Virus record (IMG/VR): IMGVR_UViG_3300047546_001659
Coordinates: 1 to 64,000 of that record
From: a virus
Strand: one strand, 5' to 3'
Length of the DNA stretch: 64,000 nucleotides
Shown piece by piece: positions 9,319 to 17,910 of this stretch. The translations under genes and the position numbers were made by a program. Numbering within the stretch: position 1 is the stretch's first letter; the number at the start of each line of letters is the position of its first letter. The notes beneath the pieces were generated by a model. It was not told the DNA's origin. It saw only the letters and a list, made by a program, of their open reading frames with translations, and did not search any database.

Positions 9319-10200
9319 TTATTTGAAAATAAGAGTCCATGGGTTGGTTACACCCTGTCCAAACTGGTTTAATGTTGCAACATAATTAGAACCAGAGACT
9401 ACAACGGTTGTTCCAGGGCTTGCAGCGGTTCTGGTAGTCCCATCAGGTGCTGTAAATAGAAAATTAGAATATGTAGTTGGAAATGTAATTTGTATTGTTC
9501 CACCTAAACTTCTATTAGTATTTGCTACTACTGTTCCTGCAGTTACAGAAACACCAGAAATTTTAGTTCCGCCTGTATAACTATTTCCCAGCATACCCCC
9601 ATAACCACCACCATCATAATTAGGAATTATACCACCACCAGCTCCAGCATTCCAACCACCACCACCGCCACCACCACCAGCACCGTCAGTACCACCACCT
9701 CTATTTCCACCATTAGTACCAGTACCAATTACACCAGCATTTCCAGGATTACTTGTTTGAGCATCTTGACCGGCATTACCATTACCCGAACCACCACCAC
9801 CACCACCGCCCCCAGCAACAGCTTGAATTACACCATTAATAGCAAGTACGGAGGCACCACCTCCGCCACCGCCCTGACCTGATGTTCCTACACCACCAGA
9901 GGCACCACCAAGCCCCCCTCTGAAATAGTATCCACCCATATTAGGGCCTTCACCATAATTATTATTCTGAGTGTTAGATCCACCTCCACCACCTCCGCCA
10001 CCTGAACCTACTCCAGCAGTTACAATATCACCAGGTGCCATTGCTAATGTAAAACTGATAGATGTTCCACCTCCAGCTTCACCGCGATAACTCGTATCTG
10101 GTCCTCCGTAACCTCCACCTCCGCCTCTCATAAAGACAGTTATATTAGAAGGAGTTGCTGCACCACCACCATAACCTAATAATGTATTATAAATTGACAT
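9319..10200 (-). CDS. Glycine-rich putative adhesin / fibre cap protein
   Basis: Repeated G5-G9 tracts (AVAGGGGGGGG, GAGGGGGGGGWNAGAGGG) like polyglycine-II sandwich adhesins (T2/S16 gp38 type); follows a short fibre gene. Confidence 0.6.
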   Translation of the reverse strand: MSIYNTLLGYGGGAATPSNITVFMRGGGGGYGGPDTSYRGEAGGGTSISFTLAMAPGDIVTAGVGSGGGGGGGGSNTQNNNYGEGPNMGGYYFRGGLGGASGGVGTSGQGGGGGGASVLAINGVIQAVAGGGGGGGGSGNGNAGQDAQTSNPGNAGVIGTGTNGGNRGGGTDGAGGGGGGGGWNAGAGGGIIPNYDGGGYGGMLGNSYTGGTKISGVSVTAGTVVANTNRSLGGTIQITFPTTYSNFLFTAPDGTTRTAASPGTTVVVSGSNYVATLNQFGQGVTNPWTLIFK

Positions 10201-10201
10201 A

Positions 10202-10909
10202 TTAAGTTAAACCTGCACCGGTTATTATTGCAGCTGAGGCACTAGTATAAAATACCGTACATAAACCTTTTATTCCCAAGGTTCTATTACCAGTTGTAGC
10301 TGCAGATTGGCCTGCCCAATGCATGGTCAATCCAGTACCTTGTGTAATAGTAAGAGCAGCAGTTGTACTGCTATTATGAATTGTTATATTTTCACCTGCA
10401 GTAAAAGTACCTGATGGAATTGTTACCGTTCCACCGGATAAAGAAACTGTTTTACCACTATCTAAATCTATTAAAGTATATCCAGAGGATGATGTATTAA
10501 TTGGCACTTGTCTTAAATTACCAATTCTATCAGAGACAGTATTTGCAGCTGTAAGATTGCCTCTTCTATCTAATATTAAATAATCTCTTGATGCGCCACT
10601 ATTATCTCTCATCCTCCATCTAAAAGATCTATTAGCTGCAAATGTTGCATCACTTGAATAATATATTCCCGTATCATCAAGACCAGTTGTAAGTGTATAA
10701 AATGAAGTAGATTCGTCTGTTCTTAATGCAATACTACCTGCAGGACTCAACACCCTGAATCCACCATCGGAACCATTTGCCCATAAATTTGCACTATGAA
10801 TATGTGCACCTGTAAATGTAAATGATCCAGTAGTATTGACTGCTTCCGAAAGAGAAGCATTAAGATCAGCTGCTGTTAATACATCACCCTGTAAATATGT
10901 TTTTCCCAT
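10202..10909 (-). CDS. Short fibre/adaptor protein
   Basis: N-terminal GDVLTAADLN anchor-like motif; C-terminal ~100 aa domain (MHWAG...TGNRTL..KGLCTV) homologous to the C-terminus of 33210..34868. Confidence 0.6.
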   Translation of the reverse strand: MGKTYLQGDVLTAADLNASLSEAVNTTGSFTFTGAHIHSANLWANGSDGGFRVLSPAGSIALRTDESTSFYTLTTGLDDTGIYYSSDATFAANRSFRWRMRDNSGASRDYLILDRRGNLTAANTVSDRIGNLRQVPINTSSSGYTLIDLDSGKTVSLSGGTVTIPSGTFTAGENITIHNSSTTAALTITQGTGLTMHWAGQSAATTGNRTLGIKGLCTVFYTSASAAIITGAGLT

Positions 10910-10912
10910 CTC

Positions 10913-11272
10913 TTATCCCATTATTAAACCGTTTTCAGGAGGAATATCTGGTCCTCCTAACACTGCAGTTCCTAATCTACCAGCATTTGATGGTGATTCT
11001 AGGGGTGCAAATGATGTAGTACTACCTGCTGTAATTACCGCACGACATCCACAAATACTTCCATCAACTGCTGTAATTTTACCCTCACATTTGAAATTAC
11101 CCGAACCATTTGTAATAGGCGTTACACCATGACCTGGTATTGGGCAAACATGTAAATCACCAACACGTGCTGTCAGGATCCCTTCAGTTCTAGCTGTTGA
11201 GGCGCTTGTTATTATAACACCACCATGACTACTAGAGTCACCTAATCGTGCTATAAGTGATACACTTCCCAT
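10913..11272 (-). CDS. PAAR-repeat spike tip protein (gp5.4-like) with a C-terminal extension
   Basis: ARLGD.SSHGGVI, ARVGDLHVCPIPGHG, ITAVDGSICGC: three PAAR-like repeats with His/Cys Zn ligands, then ~30 extra residues. Confidence 0.88.
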   Translation of the reverse strand: MGSVSLIARLGDSSSHGGVIITSASTARTEGILTARVGDLHVCPIPGHGVTPITNGSGNFKCEGKITAVDGSICGCRAVITAGSTTSFAPLESPSNAGRLGTAVLGGPDIPPENGLIMG

Positions 11273-12823
11273 TTATGCTCCGCCTATAAATTCTAAGGAA
11301 GAAAAAGCCCAGTTATCATTTTGTTTATAACTACCAACCCACTGATTCATAGTATATCTAAAGTATATAGGTGTGTTTTTAATACTATCAGGAAACCCTG
11401 TATATTCTATTTTTGTCCAAACATTAGTAGGTATACTATCTGCTGAGCCTGTTGCAATAGTTATCCAATTAGTATTATCAGTAGAATACTGAAGATAGAA
11501 ATCTTCACCACTATCAGGAGGATCTCCCCATTCACCACCACCTTTATTTAAATAAAATGAAACACCTTTATAGTATCTTAGAGTATAACTATTTGTAGAT
11601 GTAAAGATTCTATTGATACTTGTACTTGTTGATATATCAGTTGCAGTATGACCAAATAATCCAATCTTAACATCTGTTCTGTTTCCCAAAGGATTCATTT
11701 TTCTATTAGGACTAGCCACACCACCTATATTAGCAGAATTGATATTTGAAGGCAATAAAACCTGACTTTGTATACTGTCACCAACCGTATAAGAGGCAGG
11801 ATCATTAAAATTGATAGGACATTGTGGATTTACCGTGACACCTTCCAAAGATGATACTGCCCAGTTATCACCATCATTGTTAATATTATTTGTTGCATCG
11901 TAAGGATTGGTTTGTAATGCTAATAACCTTAACCAAACAGAAGATGATTTGATAGAATCAGGTATTTTAAATGTTATTGGATTCCATCCTGTTGTTCCAG
12001 TTGGAAATGGAGTTGTTTCTTGTAAATTTATCCATGTACTATTATTTGTAGAGTATTGTAAAAATATTGATTCATTGGCAGTTGTTGATCCATAATAACC
12101 AGGAGTGGTTGACCATAATACTGAGGAATCAGGATTTAATATTTGTAAAGCTACTCCAGATGGAGCATACGTATCAGTCAAATTAATTCTTAATATATTA
12201 TAACCAGCAGTAACTGATACAGAGTAGTTTGTACTTGATGTATAATTCAATGAATTTGATACAACCTGTATCCCGTTAATATAAATTACTGCTGAATTGT
12301 CAGAGGATACTGTAAAAGTGTATGTACCAGTTGTAGGAAAATAAATGATTGCAAATAAATTAGCGTTTAAATTGGGGTTAATTGGATCTAAAGTTTCTGG
12401 AAATACTCCATATGTAGTAAAAAAGGTTGAGGGTGTAAATGGTGAATCGTAAGCCTTAAAATTAATATAATATTTCCAGCTCTTTTGATTTATTGAATAC
12501 CAATTATATGATGTAGATAAATCAGGTTGATGGTTACCCCAATCTGCAGGACCATTACCATTTGGTTGGCTAACAAAATATTTTAAATAATCATATCTGG
12601 CAAGACTTACAGCGTTTTTAGTTCGAACAAATCTATATCCATTCTCGCCATATGAATTTACTTTGCTACCAAAAGTACAAATTAAATTAGTAGGATCCCC
12701 CAAAAGGTTACTCATATTGGAGTAATTAAAATGGGGAGATCCTACTTGACTTGGTAGAAAAATATTTGCTGCTGCCCCTAGCGTGTAGGTTGAAGCATCA
12801 GCAAGATTTATTATTTTTGGCAT
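11273..12823 (-). CDS. Putative carbohydrate-binding virion protein: two reelin-subrepeat-like jelly rolls with an inserted PA14-like domain
   Basis: Internal duplication (LQYSTNNSTW / LQYSTDNTNW; PDSIK; DNWAVSSLE / DNWAFSSLE) and a PA14-like segment (FPTTGTYTFTVSSDNSAVIYING...TAGYNILRI). Confidence 0.6.
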   Translation of the reverse strand: MPKIINLADASTYTLGAAANIFLPSQVGSPHFNYSNMSNLLGDPTNLICTFGSKVNSYGENGYRFVRTKNAVSLARYDYLKYFVSQPNGNGPADWGNHQPDLSTSYNWYSINQKSWKYYINFKAYDSPFTPSTFFTTYGVFPETLDPINPNLNANLFAIIYFPTTGTYTFTVSSDNSAVIYINGIQVVSNSLNYTSSTNYSVSVTAGYNILRINLTDTYAPSGVALQILNPDSSVLWSTTPGYYGSTTANESIFLQYSTNNSTWINLQETTPFPTGTTGWNPITFKIPDSIKSSSVWLRLLALQTNPYDATNNINNDGDNWAVSSLEGVTVNPQCPINFNDPASYTVGDSIQSQVLLPSNINSANIGGVASPNRKMNPLGNRTDVKIGLFGHTATDISTSTSINRIFTSTNSYTLRYYKGVSFYLNKGGGEWGDPPDSGEDFYLQYSTDNTNWITIATGSADSIPTNVWTKIEYTGFPDSIKNTPIYFRYTMNQWVGSYKQNDNWAFSSLEFIGGA

Positions 12824-12829
12824 TGCCTA

Positions 12830-13450
12830 TTAGGCACCTAAAAGACTCTTGAACTCTTCAGTGTGTTTTTTGCGATCTTCAAGACCAATTGTTCCGCCGT
12901 TGATCTTTTTTGTAACAGCAGTAACATCGTCTTTATCAGCTAATGCATTAAGACCATTTTTATGCCAGAACCAAGCAGCTGATTCACAAGCACCCTCTGG
13001 AGTCTCAAGATAAAGAGCACATTCTTCAACAGTAATACCCATATCAGAAGCCATTGCTGAGTAGTTATTCTTACCAGTAAGCTGAATCAACCCGCGACCA
13101 CGATAACGGAAACCATCACCTGATGCAGTATCGCCATTACCCATACGTGATGCATAAACTACGTTAGCAATCTTTTCTGGTTGACGAGCATATTCAGCAG
13201 CATTACGTCCAGCATTTTTAAAATATTTTGGAAATACCTTATCAAGACTCTCAGCTGAGTAGTTAAGATTTTCTACAATAGCTCTAAAACCACCAGACTC
13301 GTGTGCAGTCTGAGCAAGGAAATGAGCAAGGCGAAGCGGAGTATTGATTTCATATTTTTCAGCGAAATTATCTAGACTGCCTGCAAGTGCTTTAACAACT
13401 TCTGGCTTTGAACTAGGATAACCGTGTTTAATTTGTTCTTCTGTAAGCAT
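12830..13450 (-). CDS. Glycoside hydrolase family 19 lysozyme/endolysin
   Basis: RLAHFLAQTAHESGGF..VENLNYS, YRGRGLIQLTGKNNY, SAAWFW, VTKKINGGTIGLEDR; GAGGT SD. Confidence 0.93.
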   Translation of the reverse strand: MLTEEQIKHGYPSSKPEVVKALAGSLDNFAEKYEINTPLRLAHFLAQTAHESGGFRAIVENLNYSAESLDKVFPKYFKNAGRNAAEYARQPEKIANVVYASRMGNGDTASGDGFRYRGRGLIQLTGKNNYSAMASDMGITVEECALYLETPEGACESAAWFWHKNGLNALADKDDVTAVTKKINGGTIGLEDRKKHTEEFKSLLGA

Positions 13451-13460
13451 GATCTACCTC

Positions 13461-14936
13461 TTATGTTATAGTATTATTATACATTATAAAAGCAAGTTTA
13501 ACTGTTGGAGGTGTATATGAATAAGTTTGACCTGCTCTTATATTAACTACATTTGCTGCATCTGTAGTATTTAATTTAAATTCTGATACATCCGTCATTG
13601 TGTGAATATGATCAAGTGTATCCTCATATGTATGACTACCAATATCAACAGCAGTCCCTACACCCACTTCCTGACCTGTCAAAGGTCCAAGATGTGAATG
13701 ATTGCCATTAGCTGCCATATCTACTGAATAAATTGTAAATGTATTTGATGAATTTAAAACAACATCGTGATATGTATTTGATGAATCGAAATTAGCATAT
13801 ATGTAATATCCACGAAGATCAGGTGTTTCATTTTCACCATTACAGAAATGCCAATTTACTGGTAACCCAGTTGAATTTGAACTAATACCTTCATATAATG
13901 TGTTTTTACCAATTGAATAACCTATAATTACACCATTTGCAATTGGTGTATTAGCATCAGTTGTAATCCAAGCTTTTAAAATCTTAGATTTCAAACTAAC
14001 ATTTGCAGTATAGGTTACTTGATGTGAATGTGCACCCGCTTCTAATATTTGATAAGCTGTTTGATTATTCTTATCTGATTTATATGTTTTAGCTACAGGA
14101 AATATGTTATGATTATGATTTAAAACAGTATTTGATGGTATAGTAAATGATATTGTATTAGAAAGTTGAATTACTCCATCATTTCCGTCTTTTGCTATTA
14201 GAGGCAATATTTGACCATTTGCTGAATTTATATGATCTGCGTCATCTTGAGAATAATAAGGGCTTGGAAGATTATTGCCAAATACAATTACACCTTTAGG
14301 AAAAAATGATAATTTTGTATCATTATAACCAGTAAAAGTTGTTGTGAGTCTAGGATCCCTTAAGATAGGATCAACTGCAATTGCCTTGATACCTTTTATA
14401 TTTCCATCATCATCTGGTTGTGCAAAAGGAATACCCCTTAACCCATCAGCAATACCTGTCACAACATGTCTATGTGTATCAGTACCTTTTTGTTCATAAT
14501 AAAATGCCGTAGAAGAAGCAGTATCACCTAGCTTATAACCTAAAGCATTGTAGATAGTTGTTCTTCCTAGTGTTGTTGGATTATGAGAGACAGGTTCATA
14601 CAATGTACCTGCGGTATTTGGCATGTCTGTTGTTGCTTCTATACATACACCATTATTATTTGCCCAATCATTGCTTGTATCTATACAAGAAATTACTGGA
14701 TTGCTTTGTAATCCAGATAATGAACCATCGGGTTTATAATATTGAGCAACAGGATAATAAATTTCTGAATATTGTCTATAGTATTCATAATTTAAAGTGC
14801 CTGAAAGTGTGTTGGCAAAATCTTCGTCTTTACCATACCAAAATAATACTGAATACAATGGAATGTAAGGATCTTTACCCTTTGGAGCATTAGCTGTTCC
14901 GTCAGTTCTAATCAATCCTACTTTAGATAAAGGCAT
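13461..14936 (-). CDS. Tail-collar/HxH-motif fibre tip protein
   Basis: Tail-collar motif LPVNWHFCNGENETPDLRG; five HxH metal-binding motifs (HRH, HNH, HSH, HSH, HIH). Confidence 0.6.
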   Translation of the reverse strand: MPLSKVGLIRTDGTANAPKGKDPYIPLYSVLFWYGKDEDFANTLSGTLNYEYYRQYSEIYYPVAQYYKPDGSLSGLQSNPVISCIDTSNDWANNNGVCIEATTDMPNTAGTLYEPVSHNPTTLGRTTIYNALGYKLGDTASSTAFYYEQKGTDTHRHVVTGIADGLRGIPFAQPDDDGNIKGIKAIAVDPILRDPRLTTTFTGYNDTKLSFFPKGVIVFGNNLPSPYYSQDDADHINSANGQILPLIAKDGNDGVIQLSNTISFTIPSNTVLNHNHNIFPVAKTYKSDKNNQTAYQILEAGAHSHQVTYTANVSLKSKILKAWITTDANTPIANGVIIGYSIGKNTLYEGISSNSTGLPVNWHFCNGENETPDLRGYYIYANFDSSNTYHDVVLNSSNTFTIYSVDMAANGNHSHLGPLTGQEVGVGTAVDIGSHTYEDTLDHIHTMTDVSEFKLNTTDAANVVNIRAGQTYSYTPPTVKLAFIMYNNTIT

Positions 14937-14948
14937 TTAAATTCCTAA

Positions 14949-15980
14949 TTATGTAGTTGGGAAACCTTTGGCTGACATCAAACCAAACCAAGTAACACCA
15001 CCATCAAATGTCATAAAGGTAACAAAATCTGTATAATTAGGTTGTGTTGATAGGGTAGGACCATCAGGTGCGTATATACCTTCACCCGCTGGCCAGTAGA
15101 TTGTTTGGTTAGACCAATCTACCGTTCTTCCGCCTGTCGAATCTTGTTTAAGAGCTATGGTCATACTAAATGATTTGCCTGCAACAAGACCAGATGTACC
15201 TAAAGTTATTGCAACAATATCCTGATTTAAAGTAAGAGTTGCAAGATTACCATCAGCAGGATCAACTATAATTGTTGTACCTGAATTACCTTTAGCGTTA
15301 ATCACTTCACTATAATTTTGAAATGAAGGGGCATAGATAGTATTACCACTAAAATTCATTCCAGTTGAAACAGAATTTGTAATATAAGCTCCGGAGTCAA
15401 ATGTGATGCCCGTTGCATTAGCATTTACTCTGAGGAAGAAATTGCCTTTACCAGAATAAGTTTGTGGAACATCTGTTAAGTTGATAAAGGCAAGAGTACC
15501 AGTGGCACCAGTTGAACCTCTGTAACCTACATCACCCTGTGATCCTTTATAACCAACAGAACCCTGGAATCCTTCTGATCCCTGATAACCCTCAGAACCT
15601 TTATATCCTTCTGATCCTTGATATCCAGCAGAGCCCTGATAACCCAAATTACCTGCAGAACCTGTATAGCCAACAGATCCCATATAGCCCGTATCACCTA
15701 ATGAACCCTGATATCCTGAAACGCCTACAGGCCCATCTGGTCCAGTTGAGCCTGTAAATCCTGTTGTTCCTTGTGATCCAGTAAATCCAGCAGACCCTCT
15801 ATAACCAGCAGAACCAGTATAACCTGTTAATTCAGATAATGGCTTTCCTAAGATAGCCATAACTGCATTATTAGACCAATACGGACCCTGTGATCCAATT
15901 ACAATAAGAGATCCTACATCGGCCTGACCGCCGGTAGAATTAGCTGTATCTATCTGGGAAACATAAATTTTGGTAGCCAT
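14949..15980 (-). CDS. Collagen-like fibre protein with a C-terminal beta domain
   Basis: ~110 aa of G-X-Y repeats (GYTGSA/GYQGSE); C-terminal domain ending PTLSTQPNYTDFVTFMTFDGGVTWFG, shared with 26398..26946. Confidence 0.75.
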   Translation of the reverse strand: MATKIYVSQIDTANSTGGQADVGSLIVIGSQGPYWSNNAVMAILGKPLSELTGYTGSAGYRGSAGFTGSQGTTGFTGSTGPDGPVGVSGYQGSLGDTGYMGSVGYTGSAGNLGYQGSAGYQGSEGYKGSEGYQGSEGFQGSVGYKGSQGDVGYRGSTGATGTLAFINLTDVPQTYSGKGNFFLRVNANATGITFDSGAYITNSVSTGMNFSGNTIYAPSFQNYSEVINAKGNSGTTIIVDPADGNLATLTLNQDIVAITLGTSGLVAGKSFSMTIALKQDSTGGRTVDWSNQTIYWPAGEGIYAPDGPTLSTQPNYTDFVTFMTFDGGVTWFGLMSAKGFPTT

Positions 15981-16015
15981 ATTAAATCCTGGTTGACTAA
16001 ATTATTATATGATAC

Positions 16016-16023
16016 TATTTATA
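16016..16023 (-). promoter_or_regulatory. T4-type late promoter TATAAATA for the fibre gene starting at 15980
   Basis: TATTTATA on the plus strand in the divergent intergenic region. Confidence 0.7.
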
Positions 16024-16045
16024 CTGCCAAATATAACAATTTAGG

Positions 16046-16074
16046 TTGCATAGATAATACATATATTTTATAAT
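16046..16074 (+). promoter_or_regulatory. Sigma70-like promoter of the heptose operon
   Basis: TTGCAT (16046-51), 17-nt spacer, TATAAT (16069-74); GAGGT SD at 16084-88; ATG at 16096. Confidence 0.7.
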
Positions 16075-16095
16075 GGTTAAATTGAGGTAATTTAT

Positions 16096-17250
16096 ATGAT
16101 TTGTGTCATTGGTGATTTTATATCTGATATTTATGTGTATGGTGAAATAAACAGGATTTCACCCGAATCTCCCATACCAATCTTCAAAAAAATGAATGAA
16201 GAGATCAGGCAAGGTGGCGCTGGCAATGTTGTTGCCAATTTAAAAGCTCTCGGAATAGACCCAAAAACATTTGGTTCTAACAATTCATCAAAATACAGAT
16301 TTGTAGTTGATAAACACATTTTATTTCGTATGGATGATGAAAATTATGTTGCTAATATTGATAAACCTAGTTATAATTTAAATGATGTCAATTACGTAAT
16401 AATATCAGATTATAATAAAGGATATCTGCATAATAGTCAAGAGATAATCAATTACTGTAAGAATAATAATTGTTTTGTTATAGTGGATCCTAAGAAATCA
16501 ATTGATAATTATAAAAATGTAGATATTGTTAAACTCAATGAAAAAGAATTAAAAGAGTATTGTTCTTCATATAACAATATTGAAGATATTTTAATTGATA
16601 ATAATATTGGATGTTTAATAGTTACTAAAAGTGCTGATGGAGCTATTATTCACACCCTCAATAATACTATAGAAATTGAAGCAGAACAACACCAGGTATC
16701 TGATGTAACAGGTGCTGGTGATATTTTTATTGCTGTGCTTACATATTTTTTAAATAAAGGAAATGATCTTGAAAGTGCTGTAAGAAAAGCAGTAAAACTT
16801 GCAAGTATATCAGTTACTAAATTTGGCACTTATACTTTACAGCCTGAAGATATTAAAAAAGCATATACTGTTTTTACTAATGGATGTTTTGATATTATTC
16901 ACAAAGGTCATGTTGAATATCTCAAAAAATCAAAACAACTTGGTGATAAATTAATTGTTGGTTTAAATTCTGATTCTTCAGTTAAAAGATTAAAGGGTGA
17001 AGATAGGCCTGTTAATAATCAACAGGATAGAAAAGCTGTTTTAGAATCACTAGATTGTGTAGATGAAGTTATTATTTTTGATAACGATACACCCTATGAA
17101 CTTATTAAGAGTATTCAACCCGATATTATTACAAAGGGTGGTGACTATACATCGAATACTGTTGTTGGTAATGATCTTGCTGATGTTGTTATTATTCCTT
17201 ATGTAGAAGGTTATTCAACTAGTAAAATTTTGGAGAAATCAGTTGGTTAA
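16096..17250 (+). CDS. hldE: Bifunctional heptose-7-phosphate kinase / heptose-1-phosphate adenylyltransferase (HldE/RfaE-like)
   Basis: PfkB half: RISPESPIP, GGAGNVVANL, ISDYNKG, VDPK, DVTGAGD. Nucleotidyltransferase half: VFTNGCFDIIHKGH, VGLNSDSSVKRLKGEDRP, KGGDY, GYSTS. Confidence 0.93.
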   Translation: MICVIGDFISDIYVYGEINRISPESPIPIFKKMNEEIRQGGAGNVVANLKALGIDPKTFGSNNSSKYRFVVDKHILFRMDDENYVANIDKPSYNLNDVNYVIISDYNKGYLHNSQEIINYCKNNNCFVIVDPKKSIDNYKNVDIVKLNEKELKEYCSSYNNIEDILIDNNIGCLIVTKSADGAIIHTLNNTIEIEAEQHQVSDVTGAGDIFIAVLTYFLNKGNDLESAVRKAVKLASISVTKFGTYTLQPEDIKKAYTVFTNGCFDIIHKGHVEYLKKSKQLGDKLIVGLNSDSSVKRLKGEDRPVNNQQDRKAVLESLDCVDEVIIFDNDTPYELIKSIQPDIITKGGDYTSNTVVGNDLADVVIIPYVEGYSTSKILEKSVG

Positions 17251-17602
17251 AAGAATTGTTGAAAAGGGTTGGGGTAAAGAAATAATATTTGCCAATCATC
17301 CTGAATATTGCGGCAAACTCTTAATATATGATAATGAAGGTTCAACAAGTTCCATGCATTTTCATAAAGATAAAAAAGAATCTTGGTATGTCTTACAGGG
17401 ATCTTTTGAATATAAAACTATAGATACATCAACAGGTAAAGTTCAATCAAGTATTATGTACCAAGGTGATACATGTACAAACTTTCCTTTATTGATTCAT
17501 CAATTAATTGCATTAGAATCAAACTCGATAATTATAGAAACCTCTACTTACGATAGTGGTGAAGATAATTATAGGGTTATTCCAGGAGATAGTCAAAAGT
17601 GA
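17243..17602 (+). CDS. Cupin-fold sugar(-phosphate) isomerase (type II PMI / D-lyxose isomerase-like)
   Basis: KGWGKE, SMHFHKDKKESWYV, later His (LIHQL): cupin HxH-x4-E...H metal site. TTG start with GGAG SD, overlapping the hldE stop. Confidence 0.75.
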   Translation: MVKRIVEKGWGKEIIFANHPEYCGKLLIYDNEGSTSSMHFHKDKKESWYVLQGSFEYKTIDTSTGKVQSSIMYQGDTCTNFPLLIHQLIALESNSIIIETSTYDSGEDNYRVIPGDSQK

Positions 17603-17910
17603 AATACTTAGTAGATATAGACGGAACAATATGTTCTCTAACAGATGGTAAATATGAAGAAGCAATACCTTTTGTTGATAGAATAAAATATTTAAATGAA
17701 ATGTATGATAAGGGTCATACAATTGTTTATTGGACCGCAAGAGGTGGCAATTCTGGTAAAGATTGGTCATTGTTAACCAAGCAACAGTTATTTGATTGGA
17801 ATGTAAAATATAATGAATTGCTATTTAATAAGCCAACATACGATATATGGATTGATGATAAAGCAATGAACGCAGAAAGATTCTTTGATGATATTGATAA
17901 CTGGGTATAA
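17599..17910 (+). CDS. Small capless HAD phosphatase (EcbF/BcbF capsule-biosynthesis phosphatase-like)
   Basis: HAD motifs VDIDGT, WTARG, NKP, IDDK; GTGA start/stop overlap with the cupin gene; AGGAG SD. Confidence 0.8.
   Translation: MKYLVDIDGTICSLTDGKYEEAIPFVDRIKYLNEMYDKGHTIVYWTARGGNSGKDWSLLTKQQLFDWNVKYNELLFNKPTYDIWIDDKAMNAERFFDDIDNWV

Noticed and set aside
2180-11272. Sheath, tube and PAAR as a T6SS, tailocin or extracellular contractile injection system
   Set aside because: Portal, both terminase subunits, neck and prohead genes are present in T4 order, so this is a complete phage morphogenesis module.
15993-16025. TTGACT at 15993 as a second sigma70 -35 box
   Set aside because: The hexamer at 17-nt spacing (TATTTA) lacks the conserved final T and is better explained as the opposite-strand late box.
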